NCBI GenBank assembly: GCA_043811535.1
Contig: JBDRNC010000016.1
Location: forward strand, 1-40,428
Direction: 5' to 3'
DNA length: 40,428 bases
DNA from: Elusimicrobiota bacterium
GTDB lineage: Bacteria > Elusimicrobiota > Endomicrobiia > Endomicrobiales > JBDRNC01
The position numbers and the translations under genes are program-made. Each line of letters begins with the position of its first letter. The stretch's first letter is position 1. The notes under the pieces were generated by a model. That model was not told where the DNA came from. It saw only the letters and a program-made list of their open reading frames with translations, and searched no databases. Shown one piece after another: positions 17,010 to 27,246 of this stretch.

Positions 17010-17795
17010 ATGATTCAAGAACCCCGCGTTGCCCCGCCTCCGGACAAGGAACCAGCCCAGGTAAACTTGCGCTACCTTTGGTGGTGGATCAGGTTTTACA
17101 TAGTCAGGATATTCTTATTTCTTGTTATCGTGGCTGTCGCATGGATAGCGTTAAAAAGCGGGTCAGCGCCGCAAAAACAATCCGGCATTGAAGAATCTCC
17201 GAAAATAGAAACCCCTGTAACCGAGTTGGACGCTTACGAGCTTGCCGTGAAAAAACTTTCCCAGGAACAGAAAGACGTCCTTCACGAAGCGGGCATAGGC
17301 AAGGGCTCTCTGACCGTAGAAATATACAGCCCGGCAGCACAGTTGAACAAGGAAATAAACAAGCATAGAGAATCCGTGGCCACGTTCATGGACAGGCTGA
17401 AAGGCGCCGGGAATTACATAATCTCCAAAAAAAGCCTGGCGAAACGCCTCGTAATCATTCTTTTTCAGATATCAGCGGTGCTTCTGGTCGTCTTCCGCGC
17501 CGTAAAACTATGGGAACCGCTTCGCATACTGTCTTCCTTATTGATTGAAACTTCAAAAATCCTGCTTGTCGCTGTAAGCGTCATAGCTTTGATAGCCGCT
17601 TTCGGCTTCAAGACGAACATCTGGGCCATGGCGAATTTCGCTCCGTTCTGGATCCCTGTCGGGATGTTAGGCATGGGAATGCTGGGCACGTGGTGGGTGG
17701 ACGATAATTTTCCCATCTGGAAGGCATTTTATAAGGAAATGATGTTCCCGCTGGTCTCAGGGGTAGGAATAATCTTAAAAAATCTGTTTTTTTAA
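17010..17795 (+). CDS. Hypothetical membrane protein
   Basis: 261 aa; one N-terminal and about four C-terminal hydrophobic helices. Confidence 0.7.
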   Translation: MIQEPRVAPPPDKEPAQVNLRYLWWWIRFYIVRIFLFLVIVAVAWIALKSGSAPQKQSGIEESPKIETPVTELDAYELAVKKLSQEQKDVLHEAGIGKGSLTVEIYSPAAQLNKEINKHRESVATFMDRLKGAGNYIISKKSLAKRLVIILFQISAVLLVVFRAVKLWEPLRILSSLLIETSKILLVAVSVIALIAAFGFKTNIWAMANFAPFWIPVGMLGMGMLGTWWVDDNFPIWKAFYKEMMFPLVSGVGIILKNLFF

Positions 17796-17823
17796 GAAAT
17801 GGTGGGTAACTTAAGGTGTGTTG

Positions 17824-17848
17824 GTCTTCCGTCTTCCGTCTTCCGTCT
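17824..17848. repeat. GTCTTCC heptamer ladder (reverse complement of the GGAAGAC family at 32784 and 37746)
   Basis: gtcttcc x3 + gtct. Confidence 0.75.
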
Positions 17849-17851
17849 CAT

Positions 17852-19948
17852 TTACTCCTGCAGCTGTGAAAAATCCATCAAATCAAAGAATAATCCCGTG
17901 GCATATTTCAGCAGAGCGAGTCTGTTATGCTTCAGTTTTTCGTCCTCAACCATCACCATGACCTTCTCAAAAAACAGGTCCACATCAGGCTTCAGCTCAA
18001 CCATTTTTTGTAGCACCGCCGGAAAATCCTTGGCGGCCTTCAACGCCTCTATCTCCGCCCTGATCGAGCTGATCTTTGCGTAGAGATTTCTTTCGGCATC
18101 TTCCCTGAACAGGTCATGGGATACATCCGGCGAAACATTCAGCTTCAGCTTCTCGGCCTGCTTCAGTATATTGGCGGACCTTTTGAATGCCGTTATCAAC
18201 GGCTGAAAATCCGGCTGCTTTCTCATCGCTTTCAGCGCCTGAAGCTTGCGCTCTATCGTTCCGATATCGCCCATGCCCTTCGCGAGAACCGCCCTTATCT
18301 CGTCAAACTTGTACCCGCCCGTCTCCAGTATGACTTCCAGGCGCTGTTTCAGGAATTCCATCACTTGCCGCAGCGCGTCATTGTTATTTTTTAGGTGCTC
18401 CGGCAGGAATGAAAACGCTTTTGAAACAAGCGCGTTAAGGTCAACCGGCAGTTTTTTATCCCTTATAACGCGCACGACTCCGGCTGCCTGGCGCCTGAGC
18501 CCGTACGGATCCGCTGAACCCGAAGGCACAAGGCCCGCCGCAAAATCTCCGGTGAGCGTGTCTATCTTGTCCGCGATTGAAAGCACCAGCGCGAAATCCG
18601 AAACCGGAAGCTTTCCGTCAGCCGTAACCGGCCAGTAGTGCTCTTCGATCGCGCGGCAGATTCTCTGGGACTCGCCGTCCTTGGCCGCGTATATCCTTCC
18701 CGCGACGCCCTGCAGTTCGGGATATTCAAAAACCATTTCCGTGACAAGGTCGGCTTTCGCTAGCAGGCACGCTCTTTTCAGATCGCCGATCTCTGCCCTT
18801 ATATTTTCTCCGTCCGGCACGGTATTTAGAAGCTGGTCCGCCAGCCGCTCTACCCTCAGCATCTTATCGTAAACCGTCCCGAGTTCCTTCTGGAACATCA
18901 CGCCTTTAAGTTTTTCTATTTTCGCGTCCAGCCTTGAACCCGTGTCTTTCTTGTAGAAAAACTCGGCGTCTTCAAGGCGCGCCTCAAGCACGCGTTCATA
19001 TCCCTCGCGGACGGTTTCCTGGTGCTCCGACATCCCGTTCCTGATACCGATAAAACTGTTAGTTAGGTGCTTTTTCGCGTCAACCACGGGAAAGTACTTT
19101 TGTTTCTTGCGCATGCAGGTTATAAGCACTTCGGGCGGCAGCCGCAGGTACTTTTCGTCGAAATTCCCGAGAATAGCGACGGGGTGTTCAACGAGGAAAT
19201 TTATTTCATTCAGAAGGTCGTCATCGATAAGCGCGGCGCCCTTTACCCGTTTCGCCGCCGCGTCCGTTATTTTCCTGATTATTTCCCTGCGTTCAAGCGG
19301 GTCGGCCATGACGCAGTTGTTTTTCAGCGTTCCCGCGTACTTGTCCGCGGAACTGACGGTTATCTTTTTCTGGGTCAGCGCGTAAAGGCCCGAAGTCCTG
19401 TTTGACGATTTCACGTCACCGGCGGTAAATTTAATTATCTTGTCGCCGTAAAGCGCTATCACGGACCTGACAGGGCGCGCGAACCTGAGCCCGCTGGATT
19501 CCCACTTCATGGATTTCGGGAACTGGAGCCTGCAGATTATTTCCGGGAATACCGCGGAAAGTATCTTCTCCGTTTTCTCGCCCGGTGTTTTTACCGCGAA
19601 AGAGAAATACTCGCCCTTTTCCGTGGCCTTCACGGAAAGCTTGTCGGGCGTTGTCCCGTATTTCGCGGCAAATCCTTTTGCCGCCTGCGTAAAATTGCCC
19701 TGGGCATCCCTGCCGGCCTTGACTGAAGGGCCTGTTAATTCTTCGGTTTTCTCCTCGCTTTTTTCCGACAGTTTTTCTATTGCCAGCGCGAGCCGGCGGG
19801 GCGTCGCGAATATTTTTATCTCTCCGAAAGACAGCCCGCGGGCCGTCAGGTGCTCCGCCGCGAGCGCCTTCATCTGCTCAAGGGCGGGCTCAATATACCC
19901 GGCCGGGATTTCTTCGGTCCCGATCTCTAATAGTGCTGTTTTGCTCAT
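17852..19948 (-). CDS. glyS: Glycine--tRNA ligase beta subunit
   Basis: LLEIGTEEIPA, TPRRL, EYPELQG, PSGSADPYGLRR, NRLALL. Confidence 0.98.
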   Translation of the reverse strand: MSKTALLEIGTEEIPAGYIEPALEQMKALAAEHLTARGLSFGEIKIFATPRRLALAIEKLSEKSEEKTEELTGPSVKAGRDAQGNFTQAAKGFAAKYGTTPDKLSVKATEKGEYFSFAVKTPGEKTEKILSAVFPEIICRLQFPKSMKWESSGLRFARPVRSVIALYGDKIIKFTAGDVKSSNRTSGLYALTQKKITVSSADKYAGTLKNNCVMADPLERREIIRKITDAAAKRVKGAALIDDDLLNEINFLVEHPVAILGNFDEKYLRLPPEVLITCMRKKQKYFPVVDAKKHLTNSFIGIRNGMSEHQETVREGYERVLEARLEDAEFFYKKDTGSRLDAKIEKLKGVMFQKELGTVYDKMLRVERLADQLLNTVPDGENIRAEIGDLKRACLLAKADLVTEMVFEYPELQGVAGRIYAAKDGESQRICRAIEEHYWPVTADGKLPVSDFALVLSIADKIDTLTGDFAAGLVPSGSADPYGLRRQAAGVVRVIRDKKLPVDLNALVSKAFSFLPEHLKNNNDALRQVMEFLKQRLEVILETGGYKFDEIRAVLAKGMGDIGTIERKLQALKAMRKQPDFQPLITAFKRSANILKQAEKLKLNVSPDVSHDLFREDAERNLYAKISSIRAEIEALKAAKDFPAVLQKMVELKPDVDLFFEKVMVMVEDEKLKHNRLALLKYATGLFFDLMDFSQLQE

Positions 19949-20010
19949 AAATATCTCATTTACTTTTTATCTTCCAAGCTTCTCATTATTTATCATTTAG
20001 TTTTCAAGAC

Positions 20011-20091
20011 AGGGTCCAGGGTCCGGGGTCCAGAATTTATAAAGACTTGTCGTTGTTTTTACTGGACGCTGGTTCCTGGCTACTGGACCCT
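20011..20091. repeat. GGGTCCA heptamer-ladder inverted repeat straddling the glyQ stop
   Basis: agggtcc agggtcc ggggtcc ag (20011-20033) vs ctggacg ctggttc ctggcta ctggacc (20062-20091, inside glyQ). Confidence 0.75.
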
Positions 20092-20924
20092 TGTTTTATG
20101 TACTGCTCCGCCGTTTTCTTTGCCAGTCCCCTAATGCGCCCTATATAAGAGGTGCGCTCGGTGACGGAAATCGCCCCGCGCGCGTCCAGCAGGTTGAAAA
20201 GGTGCGAGCATTTCATCACGGCATCGTAAGCCGGCAGGACAAGGCCCTTTGAAAGCAGGCGTTCGGCTTCCCCGTGCCAGTCCGCGAAATGCCTCCGCAG
20301 CAGTTCCACGTCGGCTTCCTCAAAATTATATCTTGACCACTGCTTTTCGTCCTCAAGATGCACTTTCCCGTAGTTCACGTCCGACGACCACTGAATCTTG
20401 GTGAAGTGGTTTACTTTCTGCGAGTACATCGCCAGGCGTTCCAGCCCGTACGTTATCTCTACCGGGATAGGATCAAGGTCTATCCCGCCGACCTGCTGGA
20501 AATACGTGAACTGCGTTATTTCCATGCCGTCAAGCCAGACTTCCCACCCCAGCCCCCATGCGCCGAGCGTCGGCGATTCCCAGTCGTCCTCCACAAACCT
20601 TATATCGTGCTGTTTGGGATTCAGGCCTATGGCCTTGAGGCTCTCCAGATACATCTGCTGGATATCCGCGGGCGCGGGCTTCATTATTACCTGGTATTGG
20701 TAGTAATGCTGCAGGCGATTGGGGTTTTCGCCGTATCTTCCGTCGGTGGGGCGGCGCGACGGCTCAAGGTACGCTATGTTCCACGGCTCAGGGCCCAGGC
20801 ACCTCAAGAATGTCCCCGGGTTGAACGTACCGGCCCCCTTTTCAAGGTCATACGGCTGCCATATCATGCAGCCCTTGTTGGCCCAGAACTTTTCCAGCGT
20901 CAGGATGATATCTTGGAATTTCAT
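20037..20924 (-). CDS. glyQ: Glycine--tRNA ligase alpha subunit
   Basis: [47 protein letters not shown]. Confidence 0.99.
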   Translation of the reverse strand: MKFQDIILTLEKFWANKGCMIWQPYDLEKGAGTFNPGTFLRCLGPEPWNIAYLEPSRRPTDGRYGENPNRLQHYYQYQVIMKPAPADIQQMYLESLKAIGLNPKQHDIRFVEDDWESPTLGAWGLGWEVWLDGMEITQFTYFQQVGGIDLDPIPVEITYGLERLAMYSQKVNHFTKIQWSSDVNYGKVHLEDEKQWSRYNFEEADVELLRRHFADWHGEAERLLSKGLVLPAYDAVMKCSHLFNLLDARGAISVTERTSYIGRIRGLAKKTAEQYIKQGSSSQEPASSKNNDKSL

Positions 20925-20934
20925 AATACCTATT

Positions 20935-21033
20935 ATTCCCCCTCTTTTCTAAAGAGGGGTTAGGGGAGATTCTTCTATGCCCCTGTTTGTTATTTAAAAA
21001 TCCCCCTTTATCCCCCTTTGAAAAAGTGGGAAA
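20935..21033. repeat. C-rich REP-like element
   Basis: cccctcttt-tct-aaagaggggttaggggagatt ... aaatccccctttatccccctttgaaaaagtggg. Confidence 0.8.
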
Positions 21034-21696
21034 CTAAGAGGTTATTTTAGCCCAGAATATTTTCGACAACAGCGGGCGGTCTATATACAGCCTCAGATAG
21101 TTGTTCATGTGCCCGTCTATTTTCTTTTCCATTCTTTCCGAAATGTCCAGGCCGTTGTCAACTTCATCCCCGGAAAGAAGCGCGAGCTGCCTTATCGCGT
21201 TATGCTCGGCTGTTGTGACCGTTGAATTCTCTTTTTTCAGAAAATCCAGGAAACTGTATCCGGTAAGCTTCAGAAATCTCAGCGTGAAGGCCGTGTATAT
21301 GCGCCAGGGCTTTTTTGCCGTCTCGATCAGCTTCCACGTCCTGGCGAGCAGGTCGTATTTCTGCGCGTTCTCAAGATGGAACGGCGTCAGCTTGTCCGCT
21401 ATCTCGGCGCACGACAGCGCCATTGAAAACCTGCGCCAGTCGCTTTTCAGGCCGCCGAACGCGTCCAGTATCTTGGCCCCGGTGACCTTGGGACGCGCCG
21501 TAGTTCCCGCCATGTAGACCATAATATCAGTTTCAATGACCGGTTCCGTCGCCGCGCTTAGTTTCGCCTTTATTTTCTTCGCGCCCGGGACCATGGCGGA
21601 TATCTTTCCCCACTCCCGCGTATATATGACCGCGGACTTGTCCGCCTCGCCCTGTATCCTCGTATTTAAAACCAGACCGTTTAAATGATAGTACAT
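21034..21696 (-). CDS. recO: DNA repair protein RecO
   Basis: GLVL...GEADK...YTREWGKI...GAKK N-terminal OB fold; directly upstream of glyQS. Confidence 0.9.
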   Translation of the reverse strand: MYYHLNGLVLNTRIQGEADKSAVIYTREWGKISAMVPGAKKIKAKLSAATEPVIETDIMVYMAGTTARPKVTGAKILDAFGGLKSDWRRFSMALSCAEIADKLTPFHLENAQKYDLLARTWKLIETAKKPWRIYTAFTLRFLKLTGYSFLDFLKKENSTVTTAEHNAIRQLALLSGDEVDNGLDISERMEKKIDGHMNNYLRLYIDRPLLSKIFWAKITS

Positions 21697-21701
21697 TTGG
21701 C

Positions 21702-21768
21702 GAGTGATTAGTGACTAGGGACTAGTGAATAGGTCTTCCTATTCCCTAAGCACTAAGTCCTATTCTCT
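21702..21768. repeat. GAATAGG/ACTAGTG heptamer-ladder inverted repeat, copy 1
   Basis: gattagt gactagg gactagt gaatagg / cctattc cctaagc actaagt cctattc. Confidence 0.8.
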
Positions 21769-21770
21769 TT

Positions 21771-23033
21771 TTATAATTTTTTAATCTTAACTTTTAGTAT
21801 CTTTCTCTTGTCGGCTTCGGCTATCTCTATCTCAAGCGTTCCCCACTTTATCGTTTCTCCCGCTTTCGGTATCCTGCCGAACATGTCAAGGACCCAGCCG
21901 CCGACGGATGAAAACTCGCCCGCGGGAAGGTTCAGGTGCAGCTCGTCGTTAGTGTGTTCAAGGGATTCGCCCGCGCTGATAAGGAACGATCCGTCAGGAA
22001 GCGGGAATATAGTGTGCTCGTGTATGTCATACTCGTCCCATATCTCGCCCACTATCCGTTCAACTATGTCTTCTATCGTGACCAGCCCTATCGCGGAGCC
22101 GAACTCGTTGACGACTATCGCCATGTGCTGGTGCCCGGACTTGAATTCCCTGAGCACCTTGTCAAGCCTGGCGGAATCAGGCACGAAATACGCGGGGCGT
22201 ATCAGATCATCTATGACAAAAAGCGAGCCGCCGCGCCAGGCGAGCGACAGGTCTTTACTATAAATAATTCCGACGATATTGTCAAGATTTCCGCGGAAAA
22301 CCGGCACCCTGGAATAGCCTTTTTCAATTATCTGTTCCATTATCTTTTCGCTGTCCTGGTCAAGGTTGACCGCGCATATCTCCGCTCTCGGCACCATCAC
22401 GTTCTTTATCCTTGTTTTGCCGAAATCAAAGATATTTTTTATCATGCTCCTGGCCGGTTTTGATATCGGAATGGTATCGTCCGCCAGAAAGAGTATCTTC
22501 AATTCATCCGGGCCGAGAAAAGCCATCTCTGACTTGGCGCTGCTTCCGGTCAAACCTATAATGAAATTGGATATCGCCAGAAGCAGCCTGTTCGGCAGCG
22601 CGAACATCCGGTACGAAACCATTAGAAACCCCATTCCTTTCACGGCGACGTATTCGGCCTTGTACCTGCTGTAGACCTTGGGCAATATCTCGCAGAATAC
22701 CAGCGTTATGAATACACTGAACAACGGCACCGCGACATATACAAGTTTCGCCCGCAAACCGAATTCATTAACAAGGTCAATGCATATGGATATTGTCAAA
22801 ACACCTATGCCTATATTAAAAAGGTTCGTGCCTATGAGCGTCGTTGAGATAAGCTTGCCCGGATCCCTTTCCCAGAAATCCAGAATTTTTCGCAGGTGAT
22901 TGAACTTTTCCTTAAGATTTTTAAGATTCAGCGTAGAAAGGCTGGTAAGCGCCGTTTCTATCCCGGAAAAAAACGCCGAAAGCAAGTAAAATACAATCAA
23001 CAAAGATAATTTCAACATCATATACATTATCAT
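21771..23033 (-). CDS. CNNM/HlyC-CorC family transporter (DUF21 + CBS pair + CorC_HlyC)
   Basis: SAFFSGIETA, EILPK, YSRVPV, HMAIVVNEFG...TIEDIVE.IVGEI.DEYD, GGWV...GRIP. Confidence 0.93.
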   Translation of the reverse strand: MIMYMMLKLSLLIVFYLLSAFFSGIETALTSLSTLNLKNLKEKFNHLRKILDFWERDPGKLISTTLIGTNLFNIGIGVLTISICIDLVNEFGLRAKLVYVAVPLFSVFITLVFCEILPKVYSRYKAEYVAVKGMGFLMVSYRMFALPNRLLLAISNFIIGLTGSSAKSEMAFLGPDELKILFLADDTIPISKPARSMIKNIFDFGKTRIKNVMVPRAEICAVNLDQDSEKIMEQIIEKGYSRVPVFRGNLDNIVGIIYSKDLSLAWRGGSLFVIDDLIRPAYFVPDSARLDKVLREFKSGHQHMAIVVNEFGSAIGLVTIEDIVERIVGEIWDEYDIHEHTIFPLPDGSFLISAGESLEHTNDELHLNLPAGEFSSVGGWVLDMFGRIPKAGETIKWGTLEIEIAEADKRKILKVKIKKL

Positions 23034-24046
23034 TTCTTTTTCTTTTTCACGTCGTACTCGTCAAGTATGTCCCCGACTATCCTTTCAAGTATGTCTTCAA
23101 GCGTTATTATTCCGAGCAGGTTCCCAAAAGTGTCTTTAACGAAAGCCATGTGCGTCTGGCCCGATTGGAATTCCTTCATGAGGTCGTAAACTCTCTTGTC
23201 CGGGGAAATGAAATACGGCGGATGCACGAAATCGGACGTGAACTTCCCCCCGCTGCGCTTCCAGACCCAGAGCAAATCCTTCGTGTGCACGAAACCCGCC
23301 ATTTTGTTTGGCGTCCCGTGGTAAACCGGCACCCTGCTTCTTCCGGTCTCAACAAGCTTGTCCAGGAACTTGCTTTCTTCCTGGTCTATGTCAACCGCTT
23401 CGACTTTATCCATCATCGTCATTATTTTTCTGACGTCCAAATCACCCATGTTAAGCACGCGGTCAAGCATCTGGCTGGTTTCCTTTCCGAGCGCGCCCGC
23501 GCTGTCGGACTCGGCTATCAGCCCGCGCATCTCCTCCAATCCCAGGAACGCGAGCTTGCTCACGGGAAAAAGGTTAAGTTTAGGGAAGGCCTTCTGGATC
23601 TTCGCGGCAGGCCACGACAGCGGTTTCGTTAACTTTATGACACGCGAAAGCAGCGGCATCGCGAACAGGGTGACTTTTTCGGGATTTGAGCGGCTGAACA
23701 CCTTCGGGGTTATCTCTCCGAAAATCAGTATCGCGGAAGTCAACAACAGCCACGTAATCAACTCTATCAGTTCCTGCGGAACCGTTTTGAAAGCGGCAAG
23801 CATGACTATCGTCGCGATCGAGCTCAGCGCGAGGTTGTTGAGCGTGTTCCCTACAAGGATTGTCGTAAGGATATAGTAAGGCGACTTGAGCCACTCCCCG
23901 AGCGAGCTGGAAAGCGCCTTGTTAGTGACGATAAGTTTCTTGACGCGGTATTTGGAAAGCGTGGTAAGCGCCGTCTCGGAACCCGACCAGAACGCGGAAA
24001 GCGCGAGAAGCGCGCAGATGATGATAAGGCCTAAGAATGTCAGCAT
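23030..24046 (-). CDS. CNNM family protein (DUF21 + CBS pair, no CorC_HlyC domain)
   Basis: SAFWSGSETA, GEITPK, SRVPV, TLEDILE.IVGDI.DEYD then stop; start moved to ATG 24046 because the TTG start lies in a repeat. Confidence 0.9.
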   Translation of the reverse strand: MLTFLGLIIICALLALSAFWSGSETALTTLSKYRVKKLIVTNKALSSSLGEWLKSPYYILTTILVGNTLNNLALSSIATIVMLAAFKTVPQELIELITWLLLTSAILIFGEITPKVFSRSNPEKVTLFAMPLLSRVIKLTKPLSWPAAKIQKAFPKLNLFPVSKLAFLGLEEMRGLIAESDSAGALGKETSQMLDRVLNMGDLDVRKIMTMMDKVEAVDIDQEESKFLDKLVETGRSRVPVYHGTPNKMAGFVHTKDLLWVWKRSGGKFTSDFVHPPYFISPDKRVYDLMKEFQSGQTHMAFVKDTFGNLLGIITLEDILERIVGDILDEYDVKKKKK

Positions 24047-24060
24047 AAGAGTAAATTTAA

Positions 24061-24167
24061 AGCACAAAATTCAAATGACAAAATATAACGCCAATATCAA
24101 AGTTTAAAATATTTTAAGTTTGAATATTTAAATTTATTTTGTCATTTGTACTTTGTCATTTGGATTT
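24061..24167. repeat. AAATGAC heptamer-type long inverted repeat, copy 1
   Basis: caaatgacaaaat ... attttgtcatttgtactttgtcatttgg; homologous to 28762-28878. Confidence 0.85.
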
Positions 24168-24606
24168 GCCCAAAGATTTTGTCCTGTACGGCAAACATTC
24201 TTTTTCTGGCCGTCGGCGTATAATCGGTATAGCCAAATAGATGTAAAATCCCGTGTATCGCCAGGTACGCCAGCTCGTCTGCCCATGAATGCTTCTGCCC
24301 GGCTGCCTGGCGCTTTGAGACTCCTCTGGACAAAAAAATATCGCCTTCCAGAGGCGCCGTTGAGTACCTGAACGATATGACGTCGGTTTTTCTTCTTACG
24401 TTCCTGAATCTGCTGTTGAGTTTCTTTATCTTTGCGTCGTCCAGAAGTATCAGGTTTATGCCGCCCGCAGTGAACTTCCCGCGCCGCAAAGCGGCGGACA
24501 CGGCGCGAAGCGCCTGCCTGCGCGTGTTTTTCGGAAAATAGAAAAGATGTATGTGCTTAGTCCACCTACGTGGAATTTTGCATCTATTAGAACAGGCTTC
24601 AATCAT
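24142..24606 (-). CDS. ybeY: rRNA maturation RNase YbeY (start uncertain)
   Basis: LN..FR....TDVISF, GDI, HGILHLFGY; conserved phoH-HD-ybeY context. Confidence 0.88.
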   Translation of the reverse strand: MIEACSNRCKIPRRWTKHIHLFYFPKNTRRQALRAVSAALRRGKFTAGGINLILLDDAKIKKLNSRFRNVRRKTDVISFRYSTAPLEGDIFLSRGVSKRQAAGQKHSWADELAYLAIHGILHLFGYTDYTPTARKRMFAVQDKIFGQIQMTKYK

Positions 24607-24697
24607 GTTGGATTCCACTTCGGCGCGAAGTCCTCCGAAGGACGGAGTTTTCAGCTCCGGAACGACAAAAGACTTGATTCCGCGGGCATCCGGAGCT

Positions 24698-26182
24698 TCA
24701 ATTCTCGTCGTTCGATTGCGAGTCCGTTTTCTGGTATTCAATGCGGGCATGGTGTATTCCGCTTAAAACCGCGGCGAGCGTTTCGGCTATCTGGCTCAGG
24801 TCGTGCAGCGTAATGGAGCATTCGGAAAACTGCCCGTCGGTGAATTTGTTATTGATGACTTTTTCCACCGTGTCTTTCAATCTTCCGGGCGAAGGGTCCT
24901 CAATCGCGCGGCTTGCCGCCTCGGCCGAGTCCGCAAGCATCAGTATCGCGGTCTCCTTGCTCAGCGGTTTCGGCCCCGGATACCTGAAATCGTCCGGTTT
25001 TGTATTGGGATTGGCTTCAAGCGCGCGGTGGTAAAAATAATGGATCAGCGAAGTCCCGTGATGCTGCTCAATGGCGTCTACGATGATCTTATCCAGATTA
25101 TACTGTTTCGCGAGCGCCGACCCTTCCTTCACGTGGGATATCACCACAAGACTGGACATCGTCGGCGAAAGCGGGTCGTGGGGATTGCCCATCGTCTGCT
25201 GGTTTTCGATGAAATATTCGGGTTTGAGAAGTTTTCCGATGTCGTGGTAATAGGCCATCACGCGCGCCAGCAGGGAATTGGCGCCTATCGCGGCCGCGGT
25301 CTGCTCCGCGAGCGATGCCATGATAAGCGAGTGGTGGTAAGTGCCGGGCGCGTCCATCATCAGCCTTTTCAGCAGCGGCTGGTTGAAATCGGCAAGTTCC
25401 AGCAGTTTGATGTTCGTCGTGCGCGAGAAAAACGTTTCAAGATACGGAAGTATCCCGAGCACGATCAGCCCGGAAGCGATGCCGCTTACCGCGCTCCACA
25501 TCACGTTTGTCCACATGTTCCCCAGCGACGACAACCCGAACATGTACAGGTGGATGGTGATAACCATCGCGCCGTTGGCAAGCGCGACTATCAGCCCGAG
25601 CCTCGTCAGGTCCTTGCGCGCCCGGACTTTCGGAAGATAGGCGATCGCGGCGAAACAGCCGAACATCTTCGCGAGCGTGTATTCCTGTCCGAAATTGTTC
25701 AGAACGCCGAATATCAAACATAAAATTATCGTCACGGCGAGCGCAAGCCGTTTTGACAAGAGCAGGCCCGTCAGGACGGCCGTCACGGCGAGCGGTGTGG
25801 CGTAAGGCGATATCCATACTTTTGACAGCTGCATCAGGAGGATCCCTATCACGAATATCAGGCCAAGCAGCATGGCCGCCTCGTCATCTTTCAGCAGCCA
25901 GCGCACGTCAAAGTGGATATAAATGGAAAGGAATGTATATACTATCGAGAGGAATATCGCCAGCCCGATGATCTTCTGCCACGCGAACCCCACGTCGAAA
26001 ATAAGCACCACGAAAAATGCCAGCATGCAGAGCGCCACAATCAGCGGCGACGGCAGGCGTATCTCATTCTGCCAGAACCTGCGGCCCCCTCCGCGCACGG
26101 CAGGCGCCTGCTCCGAACCCTTTTCGGTCCATTTTAATAACTTTAGCAATAGTTTCCTGAATGCCGGCTTATAATTAATCAT
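24698..26182 (-). CDS. Membrane HD-domain phosphohydrolase, PgpH-like (probable c-di-AMP phosphodiesterase)
   Basis: Multi-TM region, then LLELAD, APGTYHHS, YYHDIGK, YFIENQ, QHHGT, FRYPGPKP, MLADSAEAA. Confidence 0.9.
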   Translation of the reverse strand: MINYKPAFRKLLLKLLKWTEKGSEQAPAVRGGGRRFWQNEIRLPSPLIVALCMLAFFVVLIFDVGFAWQKIIGLAIFLSIVYTFLSIYIHFDVRWLLKDDEAAMLLGLIFVIGILLMQLSKVWISPYATPLAVTAVLTGLLLSKRLALAVTIILCLIFGVLNNFGQEYTLAKMFGCFAAIAYLPKVRARKDLTRLGLIVALANGAMVITIHLYMFGLSSLGNMWTNVMWSAVSGIASGLIVLGILPYLETFFSRTTNIKLLELADFNQPLLKRLMMDAPGTYHHSLIMASLAEQTAAAIGANSLLARVMAYYHDIGKLLKPEYFIENQQTMGNPHDPLSPTMSSLVVISHVKEGSALAKQYNLDKIIVDAIEQHHGTSLIHYFYHRALEANPNTKPDDFRYPGPKPLSKETAILMLADSAEAASRAIEDPSPGRLKDTVEKVINNKFTDGQFSECSITLHDLSQIAETLAAVLSGIHHARIEYQKTDSQSNDEN

Positions 26183-26210
26183 TTGCTTGTACTATATCCT
26201 TTTTGCTATG

Positions 26211-26289
26211 CGTTTCAACTGTTTCAACCGTTTCAATCGTTTCAGCTGTTAACAGTTTGAACGGCTGGAACTGCTGAAACGGTTTAAAC
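26211..26289. repeat. CGTTTCAAC nonamer-ladder inverted repeat
   Basis: cgtttcaac tgtttcaac cgtttcaat cgtttcagc / tttgaacg gctggaact gctgaaacg gtttaaac; overlaps the phoH stop. Confidence 0.82.
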
Positions 26290-27240
26290 TTTTTCGAATT
26301 GCTCATACGCCTTTATTACTTTTTTCACAAGCTCGTGCCGCACGACATCCTCTTCCGTGAAATGCGCGAACTTGATGCCTGTCACGTCCTTGAATATTTT
26401 TTCGGCGACTACCAGCCCGGACCGTTTATTTTTGTCCAGGTCTATCTGCGTGACGTCGCCGGTTATGACCAATTGGCTGTCGGAACCCATCCGCGTCAAA
26501 AGCATCTTCATCTGCTCCGAAGTGGTGTTCTGCGCCTCGTCCAGAACTATGAAAGCGTCCTCTATCGTGCGGCCCCGCATGTACGCCAGCGGAACTATCT
26601 CAATGGTCTCCTCGTCGCGCAAGTAGCGGAACTTTTCCGGCCCGAGCATGAAATAGAACGCGTCGTAAAGCGGTTTCAAATAGGGATTGATTTTTTCGTA
26701 AAGGTCTCCCGGAAGAAAACCGAGCCGCTCGCCGGCCTCAACTACCGGGCGCGTAAGCACTATCCTTGAAACCTTGCCGGACTGCAAAGCGCTCAGCGCG
26801 CAGGCGACGGCAAGGAATGTCTTCCCGGTGCCGGCGGGCCCTATCGCTATCACCATGTCGTACTGCCGGACCGCCTCTACGTATTTTTTCTGGTGCTCGG
26901 AGCGCGGTTTTATCTGCTTGCCGTGGAAAGTCACGTAGACAGTATCGCCGGAATAGTGGCCCGGCGGAACGTTCCCGGTATTATACGGAACTCTATTTTC
27001 TGACTTGACCGCCCTGCCGGACAAATAATCCTTGCGCAGATATTCCAATTCGCCGAGCGTCTTATCAACCTTGCCGCCCGCGCCCCTTACAACAAGCGAG
27101 AAATCGTTAGAGGCGCTGCCCTGTTTCATGAATATCTGCACGCCGTATTCGCTTTCCAGCCGCCTTATATTCTGGTCCTGTTGTCCCATCAGGTGGAGCG
27201 CTTCGTCGGATGATTTCAAAAATATCTTCTTAGTAACCAT
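26284..27240 (-). CDS. phoH: PhoH family ATPase
   Basis: GPAGTGKT, RPVVEAGERLGFLPGD, PLAYMRGRT, LDEAQN, GDVTQID, VVRH. Confidence 0.96.
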   Translation of the reverse strand: MVTKKIFLKSSDEALHLMGQQDQNIRRLESEYGVQIFMKQGSASNDFSLVVRGAGGKVDKTLGELEYLRKDYLSGRAVKSENRVPYNTGNVPPGHYSGDTVYVTFHGKQIKPRSEHQKKYVEAVRQYDMVIAIGPAGTGKTFLAVACALSALQSGKVSRIVLTRPVVEAGERLGFLPGDLYEKINPYLKPLYDAFYFMLGPEKFRYLRDEETIEIVPLAYMRGRTIEDAFIVLDEAQNTTSEQMKMLLTRMGSDSQLVITGDVTQIDLDKNKRSGLVVAEKIFKDVTGIKFAHFTEEDVVRHELVKKVIKAYEQFEKV

Positions 27241-27246
27241 GCCTTT

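Noticed and set aside
24220..24260. YbeY third metal ligand His replaced (HGILHLFGYTD)
   Set aside because: Asp at this position occurs in many bacterial YbeY proteins; not evidence of inactivation
24607..24750. N-terminal extension of YbeY in the ORF track
   Set aside because: Overlaps the HD gene and crosses hairpin repeats; not YbeY-like
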